Positions 8,281 through 16,426 of a DNA stretch of 26,228 nt are shown piece by piece. Location: positions 1-26,228 of IMG/VR virus record IMGVR_UViG_3300008217_000072; one strand, 5' to 3'. The position numbers were made by a program, and so were the translations under genes. The stretch is from a virus. Taxonomy: Duplodnaviria > Caudoviricetes. The notes under the pieces were generated by a model. That model saw only the letters and a list, made by a program, of their open reading frames with translations, made no database searches and was not told where the DNA came from. Position 1 is the stretch's first letter. The number at the start of each line of letters is the position of its first letter.

Positions 8281-10428
8281 ATGGTAAATATTGTAAGTCC
8301 AGGTGTTTATATCTTAGAAAAAGATATCTCAGAATACGCCCCAACGGTAAACTCTTCAGTAGTAGGAGTTGTCGGTTTCGCTGATCGCGGATCTAGTGGC
8401 GCAGCTAAGCTTATAACCTCCCAGGAAAGGCTTATACAGGAGTTCGGCCAACCCGCTGAGCATATTACTGGTCAAGGTTTGGAGGGCGTTATGGAGATCC
8501 TAGAGGACACCACGACCCTATACTTTGTAAGGGCTATAGACTCAGGGACAGCCGCTGATGCTAGTGCTAACTTGCAATTTGGTGGGTGTCCAGCGATAGC
8601 CGTTAGTGGCAAGGGGCTGGGGGTGGCATCTGCTGTTTATCTTAAAGTAAACGGTACTGACAATAATGGCGTTTCCTCGTTTACAGCATTAAAATCTTAC
8701 GCTGTTCCAGCAGGAACTTTGGACTCAGCAAACGCCTCTTCAACACAGGGTGGAGCATTTGCAATGGTGTTAGGGGGCAACCTTGACAGTGATAAAGTGG
8801 GAGCATTCTACGATTCAACTACAGCGGCTAGCGGTTTTCTTGTTGGCCTTCACGCGGGAACTGGTGCAACTATACATGTTCAAGCTTTCGAAGATTCCGC
8901 TTACACTACCAAAATGGATTGTCTAGTACCATTAACTGCTAGTGGTGGAACAGTTCCTGACGGAGGCAGCCAAGACCCTTATGCTTTTAGTGAGGTAATC
9001 GCTTCTGGATTCAACATTGATGTTAATACTGCTGCTTACCATGCCAAGAGCCTCTACCCTGGAGCTGGCTACAACGGTGGGGTAAAATCTGATGGTGCTG
9101 CTTCTGGTATTAAGCTTGAAGTAAATGCTTTAGGTGGAGCCAACACGCAATTGCAAGTAAATGATGCAGGAGTAGCTGCGGAATCCTACAAGCAAACATG
9201 TCTATCTGGAGCAAACTTTTGGGAAGGAATTCTTAACACTTACGGAGTAGGAGGCAATCTTTCAACAAAATCTGACATCATTAGAGCTTATGTTGCTAGT
9301 GGTGCGACATCGGGCAATGTTGATCTAGCTACAAATGCTGCAAGTAATTTTGTGGACAAGGCTAATGGTATTCTAGGGTACACTCTGCAGGACGCTGGGG
9401 GACAGCGAGGTGGTGTAACAGCAGATCAGACAATCACCGAGCAGATGAACCCACGATTCCTTAAGCTGATGCAACAAACAGTAGACATGGACGGCGGTAA
9501 CAGCGGTATCCCAACGAGTGATGATGATATTACAACTACAATAGTTGGGACTGTCTTGGCAGACGGAACTAAGACTGGTATTCAGGCTCTTGATGATCAA
9601 AGTCTGAATATTGGAATAGCACTGACTCCTGGCATTCATCAGCAGTCGATTCAAAATGCTTTGATTTCTAAAGCTGAGGAGACTACGGACTTTATGGCCG
9701 TGGTATCACCTCCAGCGGCTATTGGAACAGCACAGAATGCAATTGATTGGTCAAACGGACAAAGCTTAACTCGCTCAGCCGCTATCAATAGTTCTTATGC
9801 TGCTATCTACTGGCCCTGGGTCAAGGTCTTCGATGTCTTTTCTGGGCAGGATCGCCTCATGGACCCAGCAATCTTTGGCACTAAGGCTATGCTGAAAACT
9901 GATAGTGTAGCAGAAACTTGGTTCGCTCCTGCTGGATTCCAGCGGGGTAGGCTAAACAAGCCTACCGAAGTTGAAGTTCTTCTCACAAAGGGAGAACGAG
10001 ATTCCATGTACAGCGGTGGTAATGTAGTTAACCCAATAGTTAAATTTCCTCAACAGGGAATTACAATCTTTGGACAGCGTACTTCGCAAAGATCACCAAC
10101 GGCTCTTGACCGTATAAATGTTCGTCGCTTGATGATTTATTTAAAGAAGGTAATTTTTGCTGCAACGCAAAGATTTGTATTTGAACCCAATGACGAATTC
10201 ACTTGGGCGAGAGTAGAAGAAGTCCTTATCCCCTTTATCTCTGATATTAAAGACAGGAGAGGAATTACAGATTTCCGCGTTGTATGTGACGCGACAACTA
10301 ATACTGCCACACGAATTGATAGAAACGAACTGTGGTGCAAAGTATTAATCAAGCCTACGAAGACTGCTGAGATGATGGTCTTTGAGATTAACTTGACAAA
10401 CCAAGCTGCTAAGCTTGGATCCCTATAG
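8281..10428 (+). CDS. Contractile tail sheath protein (T4 gp18-like)
   Basis: VSPGVYILEKD, YAAIYWPW, WFAPAGFQRG, GQRT, DRINVRRL, FEPNDEFTW, FRVVCD..TNT, IKPTK. Confidence 0.97.
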   Translation: MVNIVSPGVYILEKDISEYAPTVNSSVVGVVGFADRGSSGAAKLITSQERLIQEFGQPAEHITGQGLEGVMEILEDTTTLYFVRAIDSGTAADASANLQFGGCPAIAVSGKGLGVASAVYLKVNGTDNNGVSSFTALKSYAVPAGTLDSANASSTQGGAFAMVLGGNLDSDKVGAFYDSTTAASGFLVGLHAGTGATIHVQAFEDSAYTTKMDCLVPLTASGGTVPDGGSQDPYAFSEVIASGFNIDVNTAAYHAKSLYPGAGYNGGVKSDGAASGIKLEVNALGGANTQLQVNDAGVAAESYKQTCLSGANFWEGILNTYGVGGNLSTKSDIIRAYVASGATSGNVDLATNAASNFVDKANGILGYTLQDAGGQRGGVTADQTITEQMNPRFLKLMQQTVDMDGGNSGIPTSDDDITTTIVGTVLADGTKTGIQALDDQSLNIGIALTPGIHQQSIQNALISKAEETTDFMAVVSPPAAIGTAQNAIDWSNGQSLTRSAAINSSYAAIYWPWVKVFDVFSGQDRLMDPAIFGTKAMLKTDSVAETWFAPAGFQRGRLNKPTEVEVLLTKGERDSMYSGGNVVNPIVKFPQQGITIFGQRTSQRSPTALDRINVRRLMIYLKKVIFAATQRFVFEPNDEFTWARVEEVLIPFISDIKDRRGITDFRVVCDATTNTATRIDRNELWCKVLIKPTKTAEMMVFEINLTNQAAKLGSL

Positions 10429-10439
10429 GAGAATAATAA

Positions 10440-11075
10440 ATGGCATTCGGTACTGAATTTTTTGGAAATCCAGCTAATAACCCTCACAATCCAAAAGAGG
10501 CTCTTCCAAAGCTATCTTATGCATTGGATTCGGTAAGGACTCATCAATTTGAAGTCCATATCGAGTTACCAGTAACAATTGATGGGGTCACACAAAACGG
10601 ATTAACTCTTGCTGCAAAACAGGTAGGCACTTACGGCTACGCTGTCGCAGATATTGAAGTTCATAGAGCAAATGATAAGCTTTTCTATCCTGGGAAGCCT
10701 GCTCCTGAAGAACTTACGATTACTTTTGATAACCTATTGGCCAAGGAAGGCGATGCTTACCAGTCCATGTGGCAATGGTTTAAGCGTGGTTACAACCCTG
10801 TAACTGGTGATATGATGACTGAAACAGGTACAGCAGAGGGTGCTGACCTAGGCGGGGGTAATCAATTTAAAGCAAAGAGAATGTCTGTTATACTATTGAA
10901 AGGTAACTTAGATCATATAAAAGCTACTGAATTTTATGGTGTTTATCCTAAGTCTTGGAAGACTGGTGAGTTTAATTACGCAACGGGTGAGTTTCATACT
11001 ATAGAAGTTACCTTCAAATACGACTTCATGGATTCCTTTAGCCAAACTGGAATCGCTAGTACGCTTGGCGGCTAG
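10440..11075 (+). CDS. Tail tube protein (T4 gp19-like)
   Basis: Follows the sheath gene; FEV, YPGK...LTITFD, WQW, GVYP, IEVTFKYD. Confidence 0.9.
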   Translation: MAFGTEFFGNPANNPHNPKEALPKLSYALDSVRTHQFEVHIELPVTIDGVTQNGLTLAAKQVGTYGYAVADIEVHRANDKLFYPGKPAPEELTITFDNLLAKEGDAYQSMWQWFKRGYNPVTGDMMTETGTAEGADLGGGNQFKAKRMSVILLKGNLDHIKATEFYGVYPKSWKTGEFNYATGEFHTIEVTFKYDFMDSFSQTGIASTLGG

Positions 11076-11094
11076 ATTTATTAACAAAAACAGT

Positions 11095-11130
11095 AAGGCT
11101 CAACCTAGGTTACTGGGTTGGGCCTTTATA
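11095..11130 (+). terminator. Hairpin / probable terminator after tail tube
   Basis: AAGGCTCAACCTAG-gtta-CTGGGTTGGGCCTT: 14-bp stem with two G-U pairs and a short T tail. Confidence 0.65.
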
Positions 11131-11149
11131 ATATAATCTATGATAATAT

Positions 11150-13852
11150 ATGAAATACTTCGAAGAGTTACTTGAGAGTTATCAGCTTTTAAAAAAACGC
11201 CAATTCAAAGTTGATTTAAGGGTTCTTCAAGAACAGGGAGCGGCGGCTCAACAAGCAGGAGGGGCAGAGGCCACAGCCGCAAGTTATGTTAGCCAAGCTG
11301 TAGGTCTTGAAAAAGATCAGGGGATAACAGTAACATCCCCTACGAATAACAATACCTATTTAATTTGGCAAGCCAAAACAGCAGAGAGAATGATTGTTAT
11401 TGAAGGTGAGGGTTTTGGTGGGGCAGGATCACCCAAACGAATAGGAGACGCGAGGGGTAACCCTCTAACTGGAGAACACTATTGGGAAAAATTTGTTAGT
11501 ATGATGGGAGGTGAAGAGGCCGCTGCTCCAGCAGAGGGGGAAGCGGTAGAGGGAGAAGCTGTAGAGGGGGAAGCAGCAGAAGGAGTTCCAGAAATGCCGC
11601 CTCCAGAAGAAATGGGACCACCAATACCTGCACTACAAGCAACAAATCCTGAAGCTTGGAAAAATTTAGCCACAATTAATACTAGACTGGAGAAGGATAA
11701 AGAGAAGGGATCAACTGCAATGTCTAAATGTATTGCAGATGCAGAAGAAGCAATAAGAAAGTATGACGCTGAACAAGCGGCAGGGGCTGCTGAAGGTGAA
11801 AGGCCTCTCCCGTGTAAAGTTCCTGGGTGGGTAACGGGAGGGCACCAACCAGTACTACCTGTACCAGGGAGCATGAGTGAATTCGGTGCGCCTGGGTCGT
11901 TGCACAGTACTATTGCACAAGGACGGGGTTTTAAAATAGTAAATGGAGTTACGGCAGACGGGGTTGCGTATACCAAACTTGAGGAACGGGCTGTATCTAT
12001 GGAGGACCAAACAGCAGCAGCAGAAAGCGCCAAGGTCATATCCGATATGGCAACTGGTGGAGTACCAAACCGAGAAAAATTAGAAGACCTTAAAAGACGC
12101 TTCGCATTTACTGGTACAGGATGTCCTGATGGTGTTGGTTGCAGGATGGTATTGAGAGATCCTAATGATCCTACGGTTGGTATGGTTCTACCCTCTTCCT
12201 CGTATTTGACTTTTCTCGCTGCCGATGCAATGAGACAAGCAGGAGAAACAGCAACCGAAGAAGAGTGGGGAGCGGACGATGATGCCTTTAGGTTCGAAAC
12301 TATAAGATCTTCTTCACCTGATAACCCTCAAAAACTAAATGATTTCCGTGGAAAAACTATGGAATTGGGGCCAGTTCTTTTTTCTATGCTGGCGGTTCAC
12401 AATTCAGCTATGGCGATGGGTGATGTTGAGCTGGCTGGGAGATCTGAGTCTCACATAAAAGAGATATTGGGGACGATACAAGAAGATGAACTTCTTTTGG
12501 ATGCTGCTTTCTCTTACAGTACTCTAATGGACAACGGGGAAATAGGTGTTCCTATTGATAGCTTGGAAGAAATACAACTGGCAGAGGCTATTGTCGCTAT
12601 GGGTGGACACCAGGGCGTACTAAGGAGGCTGGCCCACACACATAGAGAAGCAGTGCTAGTTAGAAAGCCTGAAATAGTATTACCAGTTGGTAAGAGAGTT
12701 GGTTTGGGTTTTGCCACAGATACGGTAGAAGCTTTTGTTGGTCCAGACGCAGAGGTGAAGGCGTTGGAAGCTCTTCGAAGACAGGGCTATGAGGACACTG
12801 ACACTCTTGTTAGCGAACTGAAGGTTGGTTCCATCGCAGACCTCATGGCACAGAACCCTGAAATGTCACAAAGATATATGGATCTTCATGGGTTGTTACC
12901 AGAAGATACGGTTGCATTCTACGAAGTATCGCAGAAAGCTTACATTCAAGACGGACAAACTAAGTCTGGTGAGAGCAGGCCAGACAATGTAAGCAACCTG
13001 TTGTTGGGTAATGGTGGGGATGATGTACACCCAGAATTCCTAGGCAGAATAATGTCTACCTTAGGTATTAGAAATCCAAATGCTATAAGAAGATTTGCTC
13101 AGGAAGACCTGGATCAAAACGAAAGAATAGATTCCCTGCTACCTGACCCTCCCAATGGTAGGAGAAGTGCCGAAGCTCTTACGAGTATGATTCAAACTTC
13201 ATTAACTCAGGACTCAAATTATGATGAACAGCTTGTGGAACCCCTTCTCCAACAAATTAAATCTGCTGATTTAGGAGATAGAAGAGCAGTTAGACAGCTT
13301 AGAACTACAATAAAAAGGAGGTTGGCTTCTGCCAAAATGAATCAAAGGATTGTATCAGGGGATCCTGATGCTATTGATTATGCTAACTCTAGAGCGTTGG
13401 CTATAGGAGGTACTGGTTCTCCTACCATGCTTACTATAGCGCACTTAGAAAGTGGGAAACAGTTTAATTTAGATCAGAATGAGGTTATAGCAGAAGCTGG
13501 TAGAGGTGTTCACGATGGTACATGGAGTATAGAAGCTACCACTACTGGCTATAGGTATATTAACAAAGCTGATGCCAGCCGTACTGTTAAAATTGACGAT
13601 GAAGAAGAGTCTAGAGGAGACGAAAGCTCAGCTGAGGGTAAACATTATAAAGTAAGGTCAGTAGCACGAATATCGGAAACACAATCAAAAGCTCATGACA
13701 GAGATCCTATTGCTGAGACAGGTGTACAACAACTGGCTGCATCTAGAGACTTACTACTACAATTGATGGGTAACCAACAAAGAATTCTGGAGGGGATCCT
13801 TGATGCTATCAGTCGCCCAGCCAGTAAAAATCGTCAGTCTCTAAAAGATTAG
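11150..13852 (+). CDS. 900-aa unknown protein; possible internal head protein with PD-(D/E)xK-like region
   Basis: Long clean ORF; N-terminal L-x-E sites (LLES, LQEQ); acidic low-complexity linker; RGKTME...ATD...EVSQK. Confidence 0.5.
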   Translation: MKYFEELLESYQLLKKRQFKVDLRVLQEQGAAAQQAGGAEATAASYVSQAVGLEKDQGITVTSPTNNNTYLIWQAKTAERMIVIEGEGFGGAGSPKRIGDARGNPLTGEHYWEKFVSMMGGEEAAAPAEGEAVEGEAVEGEAAEGVPEMPPPEEMGPPIPALQATNPEAWKNLATINTRLEKDKEKGSTAMSKCIADAEEAIRKYDAEQAAGAAEGERPLPCKVPGWVTGGHQPVLPVPGSMSEFGAPGSLHSTIAQGRGFKIVNGVTADGVAYTKLEERAVSMEDQTAAAESAKVISDMATGGVPNREKLEDLKRRFAFTGTGCPDGVGCRMVLRDPNDPTVGMVLPSSSYLTFLAADAMRQAGETATEEEWGADDDAFRFETIRSSSPDNPQKLNDFRGKTMELGPVLFSMLAVHNSAMAMGDVELAGRSESHIKEILGTIQEDELLLDAAFSYSTLMDNGEIGVPIDSLEEIQLAEAIVAMGGHQGVLRRLAHTHREAVLVRKPEIVLPVGKRVGLGFATDTVEAFVGPDAEVKALEALRRQGYEDTDTLVSELKVGSIADLMAQNPEMSQRYMDLHGLLPEDTVAFYEVSQKAYIQDGQTKSGESRPDNVSNLLLGNGGDDVHPEFLGRIMSTLGIRNPNAIRRFAQEDLDQNERIDSLLPDPPNGRRSAEALTSMIQTSLTQDSNYDEQLVEPLLQQIKSADLGDRRAVRQLRTTIKRRLASAKMNQRIVSGDPDAIDYANSRALAIGGTGSPTMLTIAHLESGKQFNLDQNEVIAEAGRGVHDGTWSIEATTTGYRYINKADASRTVKIDDEEESRGDESSAEGKHYKVRSVARISETQSKAHDRDPIAETGVQQLAASRDLLLQLMGNQQRILEGILDAISRPASKNRQSLKD
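11533..11583 (+). repeat. Imperfect 15-bp tandem repeat (about 3.4 copies) encoding EGEAV
   Basis: agagggggaagcggt / agagggagaagctgt / agagggggaagcagc / agaagg. Confidence 0.8.
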
Positions 13853-14321
13853 CGAATAAAAACATTTTATATTTTTCGAACTTAACATAGGGTTCTACAT
13901 GGGGAAAGCTATCTTCCCTACAAACTGCTAGTATAGGCTGTCTATCTTGCTGAAAGATAAGTAGGGGCTGTCTACCAGATTCTTCAGCATCTCTCTCAAT
14001 TTGTGTGATGAATTTCCAAAACTCTGAACTATAATTAAATATACTATTTATAGATTCCTTATTATAACCTTTCTTACATTCTATTGTATATTTAAATTTT
14101 TCTATAGTTATTATATCACCATATATTTGTAAGTGTTTAGGTAGACTATGTATAGTAGCAAATGCTCCAGACCCTGGTGTTTTACAGAACTCTTTAGTAT
14201 TAAAGCGTTCATTGAACATCTTACATATTTTAGTAGCAAAAGTATTACCTTTCCTTCTGCTGTTTACTCTCTTCTTTTTCTTTTTGTTTACTAATTTTTT
14301 TAAATCGTAATTATCTTCCAT
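13809..14321 (-). CDS. Holliday junction resolvase (Hjc-like PD-(D/E)xK nuclease)
   Basis: NSRRKG..F, PGSGA, GDII, IECK, PLLIFQQDR; SD AAGGA upstream on the minus strand. Confidence 0.8.
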   Translation of the reverse strand: MEDNYDLKKLVNKKKKKRVNSRRKGNTFATKICKMFNERFNTKEFCKTPGSGAFATIHSLPKHLQIYGDIITIEKFKYTIECKKGYNKESINSIFNYSSEFWKFITQIERDAEESGRQPLLIFQQDRQPILAVCREDSFPHVEPYVKFEKYKMFLFANLLETDDFYWLGD

Positions 14322-14339
14322 AATAAATCCTTGATCCCC

Positions 14340-14348
14340 CTATAATAG
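14340..14348 (+). promoter_or_regulatory. TATAAT (-10-like) element upstream of ORF 14358
   Basis: CTATAATAG in the 36-bp divergent gap. TATAAT recurs before pol (15388), RNR (20707), SSB (25162) and the 900-aa gene (11127, 11132). Confidence 0.5.
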
Positions 14349-14357
14349 GCCGTAGCC

Positions 14358-14717
14358 ATGACCGACAATATTAATTTTAATTTCGACAGTTGGAGCCTGT
14401 CACTACAAGAAAGGAAACGAAACAGAATGAAACTCATTGTTAAACTAAACAAACATGAAAGTGAAGCTTTCAAAGCCTTTGCTGAAACAGTAAAGCCGAA
14501 TGATATCGCTGACGATCAATTTCTCAAGAGCATATTTTTATATGGCATTGATGCTATAAACCAAGAGCTTACTGAAGCAGTTAAGCAGTATGCTGAAGAG
14601 CACAAAGATGAATTAGCGGCTTCGGGTATTTCTTTTGACACTTCTGGTGATGTTGCCTCGTTTAGGGACATTGAATCTGAAGGCTCAGTTATGGTTGTTG
14701 ACGATTCTGAAGAATAA
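14358..14717 (+). CDS. Hypothetical protein, possible ribbon-helix-helix DNA-binding fold
   Basis: MKLIVKL (strand), KHESEAFKAFAETV (helix), DDQFLKSIFLYGI (helix); acidic tail; TAATG-coupled to the next gene. Confidence 0.5.
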   Translation: MTDNINFNFDSWSLSLQERKRNRMKLIVKLNKHESEAFKAFAETVKPNDIADDQFLKSIFLYGIDAINQELTEAVKQYAEEHKDELAASGISFDTSGDVASFRDIESEGSVMVVDDSEE

Positions 14718-15040
14718 TGTCAGACATACAACTTACCTTTTTAGAAAAAGAAAACGACCTGAATAAGGTTCTTCGCAACCAGAAGAAGACTAAGAGCTCT
14801 GCTTCTATATTATTTGTATCCTTGTGGGATAAATGGTGTGGAAGACTAGTTAAGGATCTTAAGGAAAAATATGGGAGCAGCACCGAGGGTCATCAAGTAT
14901 TTATTGTAGATAGTTTTAGAATGCCTCACGCTTTTGTTATCTTTAGATCCACAAAGCTTCCCCATCTTGTTAAGCTACGGAAAGATCGCGTTCATTCCGT
15001 AGACTATCTCCCCCAGATTTACAAGAACTTATCTGTCTAG
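14717..15040 (+). CDS. Thioredoxin-fold protein with degenerate active site (WDKWC)
   Basis: ILFVSLWDKWCGRL matches the F.a.WC..C..l pattern; IVD and the LPHLV cis-Pro-like loop are present; 107 aa. Confidence 0.65.
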   Translation: MSDIQLTFLEKENDLNKVLRNQKKTKSSASILFVSLWDKWCGRLVKDLKEKYGSSTEGHQVFIVDSFRMPHAFVIFRSTKLPHLVKLRKDRVHSVDYLPQIYKNLSV

Positions 15041-15382
15041 TTTAGATTTCTCTTTTTCCCTCTCTGTGTAAGCGTTTATCTTTTGATTATATCTTTTAGC
15101 TTTTGTGAACATAAGTTTTAGATTATTAACTATAACTGTGGTAAAGTAATTGAATGCACTTCCGTGGTTAGGGTCAAAGTTTTTAAGAACCTTAAGCACC
15201 AGTAAGAAACACTCCTGTTTAGCGTCATCCCTATCCAACTTGAAATTAAAGGAAAAGATAATATTCTCTATGAGTAAATCAAACATCCGTACCAGCTCAT
15301 CCTCATTCTTTTTTGGATCTTTCTGGTATAGTTTGATCACCTCTTCGAATCTTTTATTATCTATGTAGAATTTCTTTTCCAT
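15029..15382 (-). CDS. Late-transcription sigma factor (T4 gp55-like)
   Basis: YIDNKRF, ELVRMFDLL, DDAKQE, KNFDP, SAFNYFTTVIVN parallel gp55 motifs. Start set at the ATG at 15382, which avoids overlap with pol. Confidence 0.8.
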   Translation of the reverse strand: MEKKFYIDNKRFEEVIKLYQKDPKKNEDELVRMFDLLIENIIFSFNFKLDRDDAKQECFLLVLKVLKNFDPNHGSAFNYFTTVIVNNLKLMFTKAKRYNQKINAYTEREKEKSKLDR

Positions 15383-15387
15383 CGTTT

Positions 15388-15395
15388 TATAATAG
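15388..15395 (+). promoter_or_regulatory. TATAATAG -10-like element 7 nt before the pol ATG (likely leaderless mRNA)
   Basis: TATAAT at 15388-15393, ATG at 15401, no SD. Confidence 0.5.
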
Positions 15396-15400
15396 ATCAC

Positions 15401-16426
15401 ATGGACCAACTAGAAAGGCTTTATATGGGTGATTCCTGCAATTCTTTGTCAGGTTGTGAGGGGTGCTCCATTTTAGACCAGAACAAACCTTCTTACGCAA
15501 TCATGGATCATGATGAGTTAGACACCGCCAGAGTCCTATTTCTATCAGATTCTGTCCGTTACAAGTACGGTAAGTTTTCAGCATTCTCTGATTTAGAAAT
15601 AAACAAGGTGCTTGCCCCTGCTACATCCTTTATGGATGAGGACGAGTACACCTTTGCAGCGTCAGTTAAGTGTCCTGATGTTAGGGAGGCTGATATGTCC
15701 CCTAATAATATGAATTTATGCAGGGCCTACCTGACGGCGACAATTGACAGGGTTCAGCCTGAGTTGGTTTTGGCTTGTGGTAACTTAGCCATGAAAATGC
15801 TGGTTAAAAAGTCTGGTATAACCTCCAAGAGAGGTAAGTCCTTTGAGTATACTTCGGAACAGGACCATACTTGTGTTGTAGTCCCGGTGTTTCATCCCTT
15901 CTCAGTCCTTAAGGAGCCACGGCACAAAGCTTTATTTGAAATGGATATCCGTAATGCATATAATTTATACATAAAGAAGGACAGCGCCAGACCAGAGTTT
16001 GAGTATAAGTTACTTCTATCCTTTGAGGAACTAGGGGCGTATAACTATCTGTGTACCACCGAAGATACTGTGGCGTGTGATATAGAAACTACTGGTTTAA
16101 ATTTTATTACGGATAAAATTATGACCATAGCTTTGAGTTGTGGTTCGGACAATATAGTTATTCCCATAGATCACAAGGATTCCACGCTACAGGGTGGAGA
16201 AAGATTTGCTGTTTTGAAATGGTTGAGCTTAGTTCTTGGCAATCCTAACAATAAGAAGGTGTTTCACAACAGTAAATTTGATCAAAAGTTTCTTCTTAAC
16301 TATGGTGTTGGGTGTGTGAATGTTTGGGACACTAAGATCATGAGCCACCTAGTGAATGAAAATTTTCCTAAGAGCCTAATGGATTTAGTTAAGATTTATT
16401 TTCCCACAGAACTTGAGAATTTGTAA
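15401..16426 (+). CDS. DNA polymerase A subunit 1: family-4 UDG-like Fe-S domain plus N-terminal part of the 3'-5' exonuclease
   Basis: CEGC, SVKCP..(x14)..C, QPELVLACGNLA, PVFHP; ExoI DIETTG; ExoII HNSKFD; WDT..SHL.NEN...SL.DL. Confidence 0.85.
   Translation: MDQLERLYMGDSCNSLSGCEGCSILDQNKPSYAIMDHDELDTARVLFLSDSVRYKYGKFSAFSDLEINKVLAPATSFMDEDEYTFAASVKCPDVREADMSPNNMNLCRAYLTATIDRVQPELVLACGNLAMKMLVKKSGITSKRGKSFEYTSEQDHTCVVVPVFHPFSVLKEPRHKALFEMDIRNAYNLYIKKDSARPEFEYKLLLSFEELGAYNYLCTTEDTVACDIETTGLNFITDKIMTIALSCGSDNIVIPIDHKDSTLQGGERFAVLKWLSLVLGNPNNKKVFHNSKFDQKFLLNYGVGCVNVWDTKIMSHLVNENFPKSLMDLVKIYFPTELENL

Noticed and set aside
11479-12039. 186-aa minus-strand ORF and other antisense or nested ORFs (e.g. 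25436-26107, 19828-20184, 10137-10487, 150-347)
   Set aside because: Shadow frames of well-supported genes, with no recognisable motifs or translation signals.
11150-13852. Tape measure protein (by position after the tail tube)
   Set aside because: Pro/Gly-rich mixed alpha/beta sequence lacking the periodic helical repeats or TM segments typical of tape measures; not formally excluded.
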